Assembly: GCA_965214705.1 (NCBI GenBank)
Contig: CBDCCI010000002.1
Span: forward strand, 2,304,001 to 2,368,000
Source of the DNA: Alphaproteobacteria bacterium
Lineage (GTDB): Bacteria > Pseudomonadota > Alphaproteobacteria > UBA828
Length of the DNA: 64,000 nucleotides
Reading direction: 5' to 3'
Shown here: positions 44,860 through 55,429 of the stretch, piece by piece
How positions within the stretch are numbered: position 1 is the first letter of the stretch
Layout of the letters: every line of letters begins with the position of its first letter
Program-made: the position numbers and the translations under genes
Notes under the pieces: model-generated
The model's input: only the letters and a program-made list of their open reading frames with translations
Database searches by the model: none
What the model was told of the DNA's origin: nothing

Positions 44860-47800
44860 CTATTCCCGACGGCCCTCGACGATCATCACCAGCGCCGGCA
44901 ACACGAACAGGATCGACAGGGTGGAGAATGTCAGGCCACCCAACATGCTGACGACGAAGGGCACGAATCCGATCAGCTCGTCGCCGCGCTCGTAGAGCAG
45001 GGGCGAGAGCCCCAGCAGCGTGGTGAGGGTCGTCAGGAACACCGGCCGGAATCGCTGTCGTGTTACCGCGGCTGCGGCAGCGATGGCGGGGATCATCGCA
45101 TTGTCCTGCCGGATCTTGTTGTAGCGGTCCAGCAACACGAGAGCGTCGTTCACGACCACACCGCCGACGGCAATCATGCCGAAGATCGACATGGTGGTCA
45201 GATCCCAGCCCAGGACCCAGTGGCTCACGATCGCCCCGGCGAATGCGATTGGAATGCCCACGACAGCGATGACCGGCTTCCAGTAGCTGCGCAGGAAGGC
45301 TGCGATAAGGGCGTAGATCGCGATCAAGACGATGGGGACGAGAAGCGCCAGCGTCTCGAGCATGTCGCCCTCGTCCCGAGCACCAGCTTCGACCTCGATG
45401 GCGAGACCGGAATACTTCGCCAGAAGGTCGGGGATGACTTGATCGCGAACCTCACGCCGCGCCTGAATCGGCGTGATCACCGCAGTGTCCGCCCGCCCAT
45501 TGACGCGCGCAGCCCGCTTGCCGTCGATCCGCGTCAGCGTCGCCGACTCGCGCTTCTCGGTAATGCTGGCCACCAGCGAGAGCGGCATTTCGCCGCCGCC
45601 CGGCCGTTGGATCCGTTCGCTGGCGAGCTCGCTCAGGCTGCGCCGCTCGGCCGGATACCTGACCACCACGTTGATTTCCTCGCGGCCCCGCTGGATTCGC
45701 TGGACGTCCGCGCCGTGGAAGCTGGAGCGCAGCTGCTTCCCGATCAGTGCCGGCGTCAGCCCTGCGGCCTTTCCAGCGGGGGTCAGCCCGATCTCGAAGT
45801 GGCGTTTCCCCGGCGCCAGGTCATCATGGATGCCGTAGATGCCCGGCACGGTCGCCATCCCCGCCCTCAGCTCGGCGGCAGCGCTTCTCAACGTCTCCGT
45901 GTCGTCGTGCTTGAGCGAATAGGAAACACTCGGCCTGACTTCGACGCGCCTGGAGCGGAATTCAGCCTTCTCCAGGTTCGTCACGGAACCGATGGCCTCG
46001 CGCCACGCGCGCTCAATTTGGGCCGGGCTCGCGCTGCGGTCGGCCTGGTCGCTGAGATGCAGACGGACGGAGGCGAGATGGCTGTTATTCAACTGTTCTC
46101 TGATTTTCCGCGCCGTCTCGATGTTGCCGACGATCATGCTCACCGCGTCGACGGGAGCGCCCTCCAGCCGGTCGTTGAGGCTGTGCGCCGCCTCGACGAA
46201 GCGATCGGCTGTGGCCAGCGTCTCCTCGAACGGCGCGCCCACCGGCAGATAGATATCCGCCTGCACATTGTCGGTGCTGCTCAGGTTTTGGTCGAAAAGG
46301 ACGATCCGAACGGTATCGGAACCAAGGAGCAGAACTGCAGCGACCAGAACAAGGATCCCACCGCCGATCGACAACCAGACGTTGCGCACGGCCCATGAGG
46401 CCGCAGGCGCCACGACCCTGTCGCGCACCTCGTCCAGCCACCCGCCGACCTGGGTCTGCACGTCGCTCAGCGGCGAGAGGCTCCAGCGCCTCCCGTGCGA
46501 GAGATGCGCCGGGAGGATGAAGAACGCCGCAACCAGGGAGACGAGCAGAACGAAGATCGCGACATAGGGGAACACGTTCACGATCTGGAACGCGGGCGAA
46601 GTGATGAAGAGGAACGGCAGGAACGCCAGAATCGTCGTAATGGCGCCAATGGTGAGCGGACCCACCATGGCCCGCGCGCCGGAAATCGCCGCATCCAGCG
46701 CGTTCTTCCCCTTCTCGCGTTCCGCGGCGATGCTTTCTCCCACCACGACGGAATCGTCCACGACGATGCCCACCAGGAGGAAGAAGCCGAAAATCGTGCC
46801 GAGATTTAGGGTGAGGCTCGCGGCATCGAAGAAGAGCAGCGAGCCCACGAAGGACAGGGGAATTCCGACGGTCATCCACAATGCGATACGGAGCTCGAAA
46901 ACGAGAACGAGACTGATGAACACCAGGATCGCACCGATCGCTCCGTTCTTCACGATCTCCAGCAGCCGGTCGAATATGGGAGTGGCATTGTCGTTCCAGA
47001 TGCTGACGCTCACGCCTTCGGGCGGGTCGTAGACCGTGAGCAGATTCCTGACATCTTCGGCCATCTCGACGACGGACTGCTGCTCGGTCGCATCCACGCG
47101 AACTAGCACCGCCGGATGGCCATTCACCTCTGTGATCACCTCCTGGTCGACGAACCCGTCGCGAATCGTGGCGACATTGCCGAGCGTCACGATCGTGCCG
47201 TCGTTCTGCGTGATGAGCGGAATGTCCTCGAAATCCTGGCCGACGCTCCTCTTGGCGACGGTTTGCAGGATTACGCTGCCCGTGTCCGTGCGTATCTCGC
47301 CCATGGTGAGGTTGAGAGACGCCTGTCTCACCTTTCTGGACACTTCGGCGATGGTGAGGCTGTGGCGGCGCAACTCCTCCTCGCTGAGCTCTATCGCGAT
47401 CTCGCGGTCCCGGGTGCCTTTCAGCCCCACCTGAGAGACGGACGGCAGCGCCAACACCCTGTCGCGCAGGTCTTCCGCCGCGAGGCGCAGTCCATCCTCG
47501 GGCAGACTGGAGGACACGACCGCCAGCGTCATGACTTCGTGAGCAACCTTGAGAAGCTCGACATCCGGCTGTTCCGCCCTGACCGGCGGGAAGTTCTCGA
47601 TGCTGTCGATCGCACTCTGAATGTCGTTGAAGACGGCGTCTGAATCCGCGAAAGTCGCCATCTCCACCATGACCTTGCCGATGCTCTGGCTTGCGGTCGA
47701 CACCACGCGCTCGACGCCGGGCAACCCGACGACGGCCTCTTCGATGCGGCGGTTGATGTCCTCCTCGACCTCCTGGGGCGAGGCGCCCGGATACAGCACC

Positions 47801-48012
47801 GAAACGGCGGCCCGCCGCGCTTCAATATCCGGGTAGTACTGGACGATGAGTTGGAGCCCCGAAAGCACGCCACCGACGATCAGAAGAATCATCAGCAGGT
47901 TGGCGGCAACGGGATTGCCGGCGAAGTAGGCGATCAGTCCCGACTTGAGGCCAGTCGGGCTCGGCTGCGCCGCGGGCGCGGCGTCGGTGCTGCCGGCGTC
48001 GGTCATGCTCAT
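44860..48012 (-). CDS. RND efflux permease (AcrB/D/F family)
   Basis: NPVAANLLM, GIVVDD, VVVND, RFRPVFLTT. Confidence 0.93.
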   Translation of the reverse strand: MSMTDAGSTDAAPAAQPSPTGLKSGLIAYFAGNPVAANLLMILLIVGGVLSGLQLIVQYYPDIEARRAAVSVLYPGASPQEVEEDINRRIEEAVVGLPGVERVVSTASQSIGKVMVEMATFADSDAVFNDIQSAIDSIENFPPVRAEQPDVELLKVAHEVMTLAVVSSSLPEDGLRLAAEDLRDRVLALPSVSQVGLKGTRDREIAIELSEEELRRHSLTIAEVSRKVRQASLNLTMGEIRTDTGSVILQTVAKRSVGQDFEDIPLITQNDGTIVTLGNVATIRDGFVDQEVITEVNGHPAVLVRVDATEQQSVVEMAEDVRNLLTVYDPPEGVSVSIWNDNATPIFDRLLEIVKNGAIGAILVFISLVLVFELRIALWMTVGIPLSFVGSLLFFDAASLTLNLGTIFGFFLLVGIVVDDSVVVGESIAAEREKGKNALDAAISGARAMVGPLTIGAITTILAFLPFLFITSPAFQIVNVFPYVAIFVLLVSLVAAFFILPAHLSHGRRWSLSPLSDVQTQVGGWLDEVRDRVVAPAASWAVRNVWLSIGGGILVLVAAVLLLGSDTVRIVLFDQNLSSTDNVQADIYLPVGAPFEETLATADRFVEAAHSLNDRLEGAPVDAVSMIVGNIETARKIREQLNNSHLASVRLHLSDQADRSASPAQIERAWREAIGSVTNLEKAEFRSRRVEVRPSVSYSLKHDDTETLRSAAAELRAGMATVPGIYGIHDDLAPGKRHFEIGLTPAGKAAGLTPALIGKQLRSSFHGADVQRIQRGREEINVVVRYPAERRSLSELASERIQRPGGGEMPLSLVASITEKRESATLTRIDGKRAARVNGRADTAVITPIQARREVRDQVIPDLLAKYSGLAIEVEAGARDEGDMLETLALLVPIVLIAIYALIAAFLRSYWKPVIAVVGIPIAFAGAIVSHWVLGWDLTTMSIFGMIAVGGVVVNDALVLLDRYNKIRQDNAMIPAIAAAAAVTRQRFRPVFLTTLTTLLGLSPLLYERGDELIGFVPFVVSMLGGLTFSTLSILFVLPALVMIVEGRRE

Positions 48013-48024
48013 GGCCCGGCTCCG

Positions 48025-49209
48025 CTATTCCGACGCCTGCGCGGCGCTGACCTCGACGGCCAATCCCTCTCGCGCTCCCGGCAAGGAGCCGACGACGATG
48101 CCGTCGCCCACGTCGAACGCCTCCACCACCACGCCGCCGTCGGCGTGCCCCAGTGCGCGCGGCATGACGGCCTTCAGCGCGCCGCCTTCGACGATCCAGA
48201 CGCGGCCCCGGTCCTGCATGGCCGATTCCGGCAGGACGAGCACGTTGTCGTGCACGGGCCCCGCGATCGAAACCTCCACGAACGAACCGGGGAGCGGCAG
48301 CGTCTCCGCCGGGTGAGCCTCTGCGAATTTCAGGAAGACCCTCGCAAGACGAGACTTGGGACCGATGATCGCAGACGTGCGCTCCACCACAGCGTCGTAT
48401 GTTCCTGACGCAGTCCGAATTGTGGCGGAGCGACCGATGGCCGGCGCGAGATAAGCGAGGCTGTCCTGCTCGATGGGCGCTCTGACCTGGAGCGCGTCGG
48501 TTCGGTAGACGGAGCCCAATGACGAGGCGCGGCCGACCAGTTCGGCGGGGCCGACGAACTGGCCAACGTCGATATCCGCTGCTGCGACCCGGACGTCGAA
48601 TGGAAGGGAGATCTCGGTTCGGTCGAGCCGGAGTTGCGCCAGCTTCATCTTGGCCTGCGCCTTCATGAGCGCGGCTTCCGCCTTCGCTACGTGCGGCGCG
48701 CGGTGCACCCGCTCGGGAATGTCGGCTCCGGGGTTCTCGCGTGCGAAGGAGGCCGCGGCTTCCTCCGCCTTGGCCTTCTCGATCTGAAGCCGGGCCTCTG
48801 CCTTTGCGACCTTCGCGGTGGCGACTTCGAGCTCGAGCTCGTATTCGGCCGGATCGATCCTGATGATGGGCTCGTTCGCGGCGATCGACCCGCCGTTTCG
48901 GAAACTGGGCGAGACCCAAATCACACGGCCGCCGACTTCGGACGTGACTTTCACGTTCCCGTGCAGGGTGACCCCCCCTGTCAGGTCGACCCTCAGCGCC
49001 TGTTCGGTTGGCGCCGGTTGAATCACCGAAACGGTGGGTTTCGTCTGGTCGAGCGCCATGTCGGAGATCGGGTCGCGCTCCACACGGCTTGGTGCCTGCG
49101 CGAAGTAGAGAGCGACTCCGATGGCGGCCAATATCAGGACCAGCTGCGCGTAGCCCATCCACTTCGGGCGGCCGGATCTACCTTGGGGCTCTGTCGTTTC
49201 TTGTGCCAT
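48025..49209 (-). CDS. RND periplasmic adaptor (MFP)
   Basis: N-terminal TM, EVGGRV, ID...YE, L.RTEI..PF, LPGSFV. Confidence 0.9.
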   Translation of the reverse strand: MAQETTEPQGRSGRPKWMGYAQLVLILAAIGVALYFAQAPSRVERDPISDMALDQTKPTVSVIQPAPTEQALRVDLTGGVTLHGNVKVTSEVGGRVIWVSPSFRNGGSIAANEPIIRIDPAEYELELEVATAKVAKAEARLQIEKAKAEEAAASFARENPGADIPERVHRAPHVAKAEAALMKAQAKMKLAQLRLDRTEISLPFDVRVAAADIDVGQFVGPAELVGRASSLGSVYRTDALQVRAPIEQDSLAYLAPAIGRSATIRTASGTYDAVVERTSAIIGPKSRLARVFLKFAEAHPAETLPLPGSFVEVSIAGPVHDNVLVLPESAMQDRGRVWIVEGGALKAVMPRALGHADGGVVVEAFDVGDGIVVGSLPGAREGLAVEVSAAQASE

Positions 49210-49636
49210 CGCTCATTCCGGGTGCGTCTGACTAGGTCTCCGCCGATCCGACCGCACTAGGCACACAACCCGCGGCGTCGGACGTTTCTATCCGCCCCGC
49301 TTCCTTCGTATTCGACAGCAAGTCACGTGAATTGTGAGGAAGTTGAGACCGTTGCTCTTGGTCTCGGCAACGGCTTGGCTGCCGTTCGGCAATTCGCTGA
49401 GTCCGACAGCCCTCAGTGTCCCCTGCCTCCGTCGTGACTCCCTGTCAGCCAATCAGGACGGCATATTTTTGCCGCCGCAACGCTCGCACCCCACATTGCC
49501 GGCTGTCAAGCGCGCGACGGGTGGGGTGCCAATCTGGCCGCTACCGTGGCGAAAATGCCGGGGCGAGGCTCGGCACTCGAGGCCGCGGCGCGCTATGGTA
49601 CGCCGCTCAGTCGAAGAGAGCAGCGGGGGACGAACG

Positions 49637-51070
49637 ATGGGCGGGTTCGCGGAGTACGAGTCATACGACGCGCTCGGTCTCGCGACGCTGGTGAAGGCCG
49701 GCGAAGTCAGCGCGACCGAGGTGCTGGAGGCGGCGATCTCGCGCGTGGAATCGCGCAACCCGGCCATCAACGCGGTCGTGATGGAGCTTTACGACCACGC
49801 CACGCAGGCGATCGAGGCAGGTCTGCCGGAAGGCCCGCTCAAGGGCGTGCCGTTCCTGCTCAAGGATCTCGGCTCGGCGCTCGCAGGCGCGAGGACCGCA
49901 CGGGGCAGCCGCTTCTTCGCCGACCTGCCGCCCGCGACCGAGGACAGCGTCCACGTCACCCGCCTCAAGCAGGCCGGCGTGGTGATCTACGGCAAGACCA
50001 GCACCTGCGAGCTCGGCCTCAGCCTCACCTGCGAGCCGCAGCTCTACGGCCCGTCGCGCAACCCCTGGGACCTGGAGCGGACTCCCGCCGGCTCCAGCGG
50101 CGGTGCTTCTGCAGCGGTGTCAGCCCGTATGCTGCCAATTGCCCATGCCTCCGACGGCTTTGGCTCGATCCGCGCGCCGGCGGCCTCCTGCGGCTTGGTG
50201 GGGCTGCGGCCGACGCGGGCGCGCAACACCATGGCGCCCTACTTCGGCGAGTCGCTCGGCGGGCTTGCCATCGAGCACGCGGTGTCACTCACGGTCCGCG
50301 ACAGCGCGGCGCTGCTCGATGCCACGTCAGGCCCGGCGCCGGGCGATCCCTACATCGCGCCGCCGCCGGCCCGCCCGTTCCTCGAAGAGGTCGGCGCCGA
50401 TCCCGGCACGCTCCGCATCGCGTTCACCAGCCAGGCGCCCAACGGTGCGCCCGTGGCGGAGGATTCGCTTCGCGTCCTGCAGGAGACCGCGTCGCTTTGC
50501 GAGGAGCTCGGCCATCGGGTGGAAGAGACCGATCCCGCAATCGACCGGGCCGACGTGATCCCGACCTTCCGCACGATCAGCGCGATCCAGATCCTCTACC
50601 TGCTGCGCGCACACCCCTCGGGCCGGACGCCTGCGCCGGGCGAGTTGGAGACCGTGGTTTCCGACACGGCAAGGCTCGCCGAGACGATCGATGGTGCCAG
50701 CTACATGGCGGCGGTCCACACCGCGCACCGCGTCGGCCGCCAGATGGCGGCGTTCCACGCGGATTGGGACGTGCTGCTCACCCCTGGCCTCGGCACGCTG
50801 CCGCCCAAGCTCGGCTGGCTCGACATGATGATGGACGATCTGGAGGAGTACTGGCGCCGGGTGTTCAGCTTCAGCCCGTTCACGGTGTGGTTCAACCTCA
50901 CCGGCCAGCCGGCCATGATGATCCCGCTGGGCACGACCGAGAGCAGCTTCCCGGTCGCGGTGCAGGCGATCGCGCGCCACGGCGACGAGGCAACCCTCTT
51001 CCGCCTCGCCGCCCAGCTCGAGGAGGCGCGGCCCTGGATCGGGCGCCGGCCGGCGTGGACTACAGCCTGA
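49637..51070 (+). CDS. amidase signature family enzyme
   Basis: [25 protein letters not shown]. Confidence 0.92.
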   Translation: MGGFAEYESYDALGLATLVKAGEVSATEVLEAAISRVESRNPAINAVVMELYDHATQAIEAGLPEGPLKGVPFLLKDLGSALAGARTARGSRFFADLPPATEDSVHVTRLKQAGVVIYGKTSTCELGLSLTCEPQLYGPSRNPWDLERTPAGSSGGASAAVSARMLPIAHASDGFGSIRAPAASCGLVGLRPTRARNTMAPYFGESLGGLAIEHAVSLTVRDSAALLDATSGPAPGDPYIAPPPARPFLEEVGADPGTLRIAFTSQAPNGAPVAEDSLRVLQETASLCEELGHRVEETDPAIDRADVIPTFRTISAIQILYLLRAHPSGRTPAPGELETVVSDTARLAETIDGASYMAAVHTAHRVGRQMAAFHADWDVLLTPGLGTLPPKLGWLDMMMDDLEEYWRRVFSFSPFTVWFNLTGQPAMMIPLGTTESSFPVAVQAIARHGDEATLFRLAAQLEEARPWIGRRPAWTTA

Positions 51071-53401
51071 TTACATCCCGACCCGCGACTTGTCGGGATC
51101 GTGGAAGGGGAACGGCACCACCGTCGCCTCCAGGCGCTTCTGTACGCCGTCGAGCTGGCCGACCTCGACGGCGGTCCCCGTCTCGGCATGCTCCACCGCC
51201 ATGCGGCAGAGCGCAATGGACTTGCCCGTCATCGGCGAGCGGGTGCCCGATGTCACCACACCGACCCGGTGGCGACTGACGAACACGCCATCGCCGTGGC
51301 TTGCCACTTCGTCGCCCGTGAGCTGGAGACCCACCAGGACTCGCTGGGGGTTGGCCTTACGCTTGACCAGCGCCGCCTTGCCGCAGAAATCGTCCTCCTT
51401 GGACTTGAGCGGCACGGTGAAGCCAATTCCCGCTTCGAAGGGGTCGGTCTGATCGTCGAACTCGTAGCCTGAGAAGATCAGACCGGCCTCGATCCGCAGG
51501 ATATCCAGGGCCTCCAGGCCGAGCGGGCCGAGTCCGTGTGGCTCGCCCGCCGCCCACACCGTATCCCACACCGCCTCGCAGTCGGTCGGGTGGCAGAAAA
51601 TCTCGTAGCCGAGCTCGCCGGTGTAGCCCGTGCGCGAGACCACGACCGCCGGCCCGTCCGGGTCGCCCAGCCGGCCGACGGAGAAGCGGAACCAGCCGAG
51701 CTCGTCGATGCTCGGCTGGGCCGGCGGCGTCCATACGACCTCGCTCACCACCCGCCGGCTCAGCGGCCCCTGAACCGAGAGGTTGTGGAGCTGATCGGTG
51801 GATGAGCGGACCCACACGTCGAGGCCGAGCTTTTGGGCCTGCTCGCGCAGCCAGGCACCACCCTGATCGCAGCCGCCGATCCAACGGAAGTTGTCCTGGC
51901 CCAGCCGGAACAGGGTTCCGTCGTCGAGCATCGTGCCGGTGTCGTAGCACATGGCGGTGTAGACCACCTGGCCCACCGCGAGCTTCCGCACGTTGCGGGT
52001 CAGGCAGTGCTGCAGCAGCGCCTCCGCCCCCGGCCCCAGCACCTCGAACTTGCGGAGCGGCGAGAGATCGACGGCGGCGACCCGCTCGCGGCAGGCCCAG
52101 TATTCGGCGATCGGCCCGACGCCGGTGTAGCTGTTGGGCAGCCAGTAGCCGTTGTACTCGACGAAATCGCGCGTGCGGCCGCTGGTGCGGGCGTGGAAGC
52201 CGGTTTCCTTGGTCATGGTCACGTCCGCATCCGGTTGCTTGTAGTGGCCGACGGCGCGCGTGAAGGACTCCGTCTCCGGATAGACGCGCACGTGAATGTC
52301 GGTGGGGTTCCAACCGTTCGCCGCGTCGATGTCGTCCGGGCAGGCGGACGAGACGCAGACCAGATCGGTCAATGCCCGCAGCAGGACGTAGTCGCCGGGC
52401 CGCGACCACGGCTCGTCGAGCACGAACAGGTTCTGGCCGTCGACCTCGGTGTTGTAGAAGAAGTTCATGGCCATCCAGCCGCGCCGGGGCTGAATCGCGT
52501 ACGATTCCAGAGCCATGTTGAAGTTGTCCGAGCAGTTGGCGTGGCCCGGATAGCCCTGGTCCTCGTAGTACTTGGCCGCGCAGGCGAGACCGAAGGCGTC
52601 GTGGCGCATGCAGGTGTCCCGCACCACCTCGACCAGCGCCTCGAAATCCTGGTCGAGATACTTGGCCCGCTGTCCAGGATGGGGATAGCCGAGCCCCATC
52701 AGCGAGCGGGTCGTGGTCACGTCGAGGCAGCGCTCGACTCCCTCATCCAGCCGCGCCCGGTGGAACGCCTGGAAGTCCGTGCACTGGCGCCCTTCGACAT
52801 CGATGATCTGGAACCACTCGCCGGCGCGCACCTCGTAGCTCGCGGCCGTGCGGCGGTCGATCCGCTGATCGAGGCGGGGGTCCGCCAGTGGCTCGGGCAG
52901 CACAGCCTCGCCCGCTGGCAAGGCACCTGCGACCCGCTCGACGAACACCACGATGGGCGTCGGCGGGTCCTGCCCGTCGGCCGCCATCGGCGCACCGGGC
53001 GTCGCCACGATCACCGTGCCGGCGCCGCTCGCAGCGAACGACGCCTCCTCGCCGGCGCGGCTCTCCGGCCCGAACAGATCGAGAGACGAAGCGCCTTTCA
53101 GGTCGCGGTCGACGTGTGCAACGCCGTCGGCCAGAAGCCGGCGGAGGCCAGCGGCATTCCCCCCTGCCCTCTCCCCTAGCAGGCTTTCGACGAACCGGGC
53201 GTCGTCCGCCACGCAGACCAGCTCGCAGGCCTGCCCGCCTTCGGCATTGACGAGACGGATGACGTCGCCGCCCGCGATCCGTATGGCCCGCGCGCTTCGG
53301 CCCGGAACGACGTGGCGTTCCACTCCAGGCGGGAGCGCGAGAAGGCCCGGACGCCGCACGCCGCGCGGAAACTGAGCGCCACCGGCTGAAACGAGTTCCA
53401 T
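51071..53401 (-). CDS. tdm: trimethylamine N-oxide demethylase (DUF1989 + GcvT domains)
   Basis: GRQCTDF, HDAFGLAC, NCSDN, SACPDD plus DLSPLRKFE, SRTGYTGELGYE; downstream of a TmoXWV-like transporter. Confidence 0.85.
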   Translation of the reverse strand: MELVSAGGAQFPRGVRRPGLLALPPGVERHVVPGRSARAIRIAGGDVIRLVNAEGGQACELVCVADDARFVESLLGERAGGNAAGLRRLLADGVAHVDRDLKGASSLDLFGPESRAGEEASFAASGAGTVIVATPGAPMAADGQDPPTPIVVFVERVAGALPAGEAVLPEPLADPRLDQRIDRRTAASYEVRAGEWFQIIDVEGRQCTDFQAFHRARLDEGVERCLDVTTTRSLMGLGYPHPGQRAKYLDQDFEALVEVVRDTCMRHDAFGLACAAKYYEDQGYPGHANCSDNFNMALESYAIQPRRGWMAMNFFYNTEVDGQNLFVLDEPWSRPGDYVLLRALTDLVCVSSACPDDIDAANGWNPTDIHVRVYPETESFTRAVGHYKQPDADVTMTKETGFHARTSGRTRDFVEYNGYWLPNSYTGVGPIAEYWACRERVAAVDLSPLRKFEVLGPGAEALLQHCLTRNVRKLAVGQVVYTAMCYDTGTMLDDGTLFRLGQDNFRWIGGCDQGGAWLREQAQKLGLDVWVRSSTDQLHNLSVQGPLSRRVVSEVVWTPPAQPSIDELGWFRFSVGRLGDPDGPAVVVSRTGYTGELGYEIFCHPTDCEAVWDTVWAAGEPHGLGPLGLEALDILRIEAGLIFSGYEFDDQTDPFEAGIGFTVPLKSKEDDFCGKAALVKRKANPQRVLVGLQLTGDEVASHGDGVFVSRHRVGVVTSGTRSPMTGKSIALCRMAVEHAETGTAVEVGQLDGVQKRLEATVVPFPFHDPDKSRVGM

Positions 53402-53425
53402 GACGTGCCCTTTCCGTGGCTTCGC

Positions 53426-55426
53426 TCAGGCCAGTCCCAGTTGGCGCCGACGCTGCTCGGACCACTCCACGACCAGGCGATCGACCGTGAGACCGATGAA
53501 CGCCACGCAGAGTCCGATCACGAGGCCTTTGCCCGCATCAGCGAAGGTGAGCGCCCGGAAGATCTCCTGCCCTAAGTCCTTGGTCCCGATGAAGGCCGCG
53601 ATGATCACCATGAAAAGTCCGAACATGATGGTCTGGTTGACCCCCAGCATGATCTCGGGGAAAGCCAGCGGCATCCGCACCATCCACAGGATCTGCCGGG
53701 GCGTGCAGCCAGCGGTGATCGCCGCCTCGATGGTCTCGTTGGGCACGCCGCGCAGGCCAAAGATCGTGTAGCGGACGATGGGGATTGCCGCGTAGATCAC
53801 GATGGCGGTGATCGCCGCCACGTCGCCCACCTGGAACAGCATGATCACCGGGATCAGGTAAATGAACGACGGGAAGGTCTGGAAGGTATCGCAGAGGAGC
53901 TGCACGAACCGTGTGCGCCCCGCCGTCTTCGATGCCCAGATACCGAGCGGCAGCCCGAAAATCAGACAGAGGATCAGCGCGAAGAAGACCATGTAGGCGG
54001 TGATCGACGCACGCTCCCAGAAGCCCGTGAGCGCGATGAAGCAGACGAAGCCCGCCGCGGTCGCCGCGAGCCGCGGGCCCGCAAGGCGCCAGCCGATGGC
54101 GCCGGCCAGCGACGCCACCGCAATCCACGGCATCCACTGGAAGCCCGTGCGCAGCGGGATCAGCACGTGGACGAGCAGGCCGTCGCGAATGACGGACAGC
54201 GGGTCGTAGAGCGTGAACGTGATGAATTCCACGACCATGTCCCAGAAGGGCGCGGTGGTGATCGTAGCGTTCTTGGGCAGCATCTGGGCGTAGGGCGTCA
54301 GTAACGACAGGACAATCGAGACGACAATGATGACAGCGGCCACCATCAGATAGGGATGCACGCGCCAGAAGGGGCCGTCGGGGCGACGCTCGGGCTGCTT
54401 CTCGGAGAGTGCGCGGCTCAGCCGGTCGAGCATCACCGCCATCAACACCACGGCGACGCCGTTCTCCAGCGCCTGCCCGAGACGCAGGCTCTGCAGGCGG
54501 AACAGAAGGTCCTGCCCCAGCCCCTTGGCGCCGACGAAGGAAGCGATCACGACCATCGCCAGGCACTGCATGATGACCTGGTTGACACCCAGCATGAGCG
54601 AATCGCGCGCGGCCGGAATCTCGACCCTGAAGAGCATCTGCCAGCGCGTGCAGCCGGCCATCACGCCGGCCTCGCGCACTTCCTCGGAGACGCCCTTGAG
54701 CCCGAGCAGCGTGAGCCGCGTCATAGGCGGTATGGCGAAGAGGATGGTGGCGATGGCGCCGGCCCGGTGGGAGACGCCGATGAAGAGTGCGACCGGGATC
54801 AGGTAGGAGAAATGCGGCAGCGACTGCATGACGTTGAGGAGCGGCCACAGCGCCCGCTCGAAGGGCCGTGACTTGGCCCCCACCACGCCAAGCGCCAAGC
54901 CGACGGCGGCTGCGATCGGCGCCGCGACCAGAACGACGGAAAGCGTCGTCATCGAGAGCGACCACTTGCCGAAGACGGCGAAATAGACGATGCAGCCGCC
55001 GGCCAGCAGCGCGAGCCGCCAGCCCTTCAGCCACCAACCGAAGACCGCAGCGAGGCCGGCGATCATCACCCATGGGATGGCAGGGATGCCGATCGACCTG
55101 AAGCCACCGGCGAGCAGGCCGTGAACGATGTCGAGCGGCCACTCGATCCCGAAGGCGATCGCCCGCGTTACATCCTTGACCGTGAAGACGCCGAAGATCT
55201 CGTGCTTGTGGAAGACGTTGACGACGACGTTGATCCAGTCGATGAAGGGCACCGCGATGTCCCTGGGCCAGACGATCCCGGCCTCGGGCAGAACGGGCTT
55301 GAGCGCCAACAGAACCACAAAGGGCACCAGAACGAGCAGCGGCCCCGCACCCGGCGTGCGCCAGAGGCGGCGTGTCGTCGCAATCGACCCTGCGATCGAT
55401 CCTCCGAGGGTCCGCTCTGCGGCCAT
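53426..55426 (-). CDS. tmoV: TMAO ABC transporter fused double permease
   Basis: Two ProW-like repeats (MQSLPHFSYLIP, FQTFPSFIYLIP); gene context. Confidence 0.75.
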   Translation of the reverse strand: MAAERTLGGSIAGSIATTRRLWRTPGAGPLLVLVPFVVLLALKPVLPEAGIVWPRDIAVPFIDWINVVVNVFHKHEIFGVFTVKDVTRAIAFGIEWPLDIVHGLLAGGFRSIGIPAIPWVMIAGLAAVFGWWLKGWRLALLAGGCIVYFAVFGKWSLSMTTLSVVLVAAPIAAAVGLALGVVGAKSRPFERALWPLLNVMQSLPHFSYLIPVALFIGVSHRAGAIATILFAIPPMTRLTLLGLKGVSEEVREAGVMAGCTRWQMLFRVEIPAARDSLMLGVNQVIMQCLAMVVIASFVGAKGLGQDLLFRLQSLRLGQALENGVAVVLMAVMLDRLSRALSEKQPERRPDGPFWRVHPYLMVAAVIIVVSIVLSLLTPYAQMLPKNATITTAPFWDMVVEFITFTLYDPLSVIRDGLLVHVLIPLRTGFQWMPWIAVASLAGAIGWRLAGPRLAATAAGFVCFIALTGFWERASITAYMVFFALILCLIFGLPLGIWASKTAGRTRFVQLLCDTFQTFPSFIYLIPVIMLFQVGDVAAITAIVIYAAIPIVRYTIFGLRGVPNETIEAAITAGCTPRQILWMVRMPLAFPEIMLGVNQTIMFGLFMVIIAAFIGTKDLGQEIFRALTFADAGKGLVIGLCVAFIGLTVDRLVVEWSEQRRRQLGLA

Positions 55427-55429
55427 GAC

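Noticed and set aside
51071-53401. Glycine cleavage T protein or DMSP demethylase
   Set aside because: 776-aa length, N-terminal DUF1989 and the tmo/tor context fit Tdm
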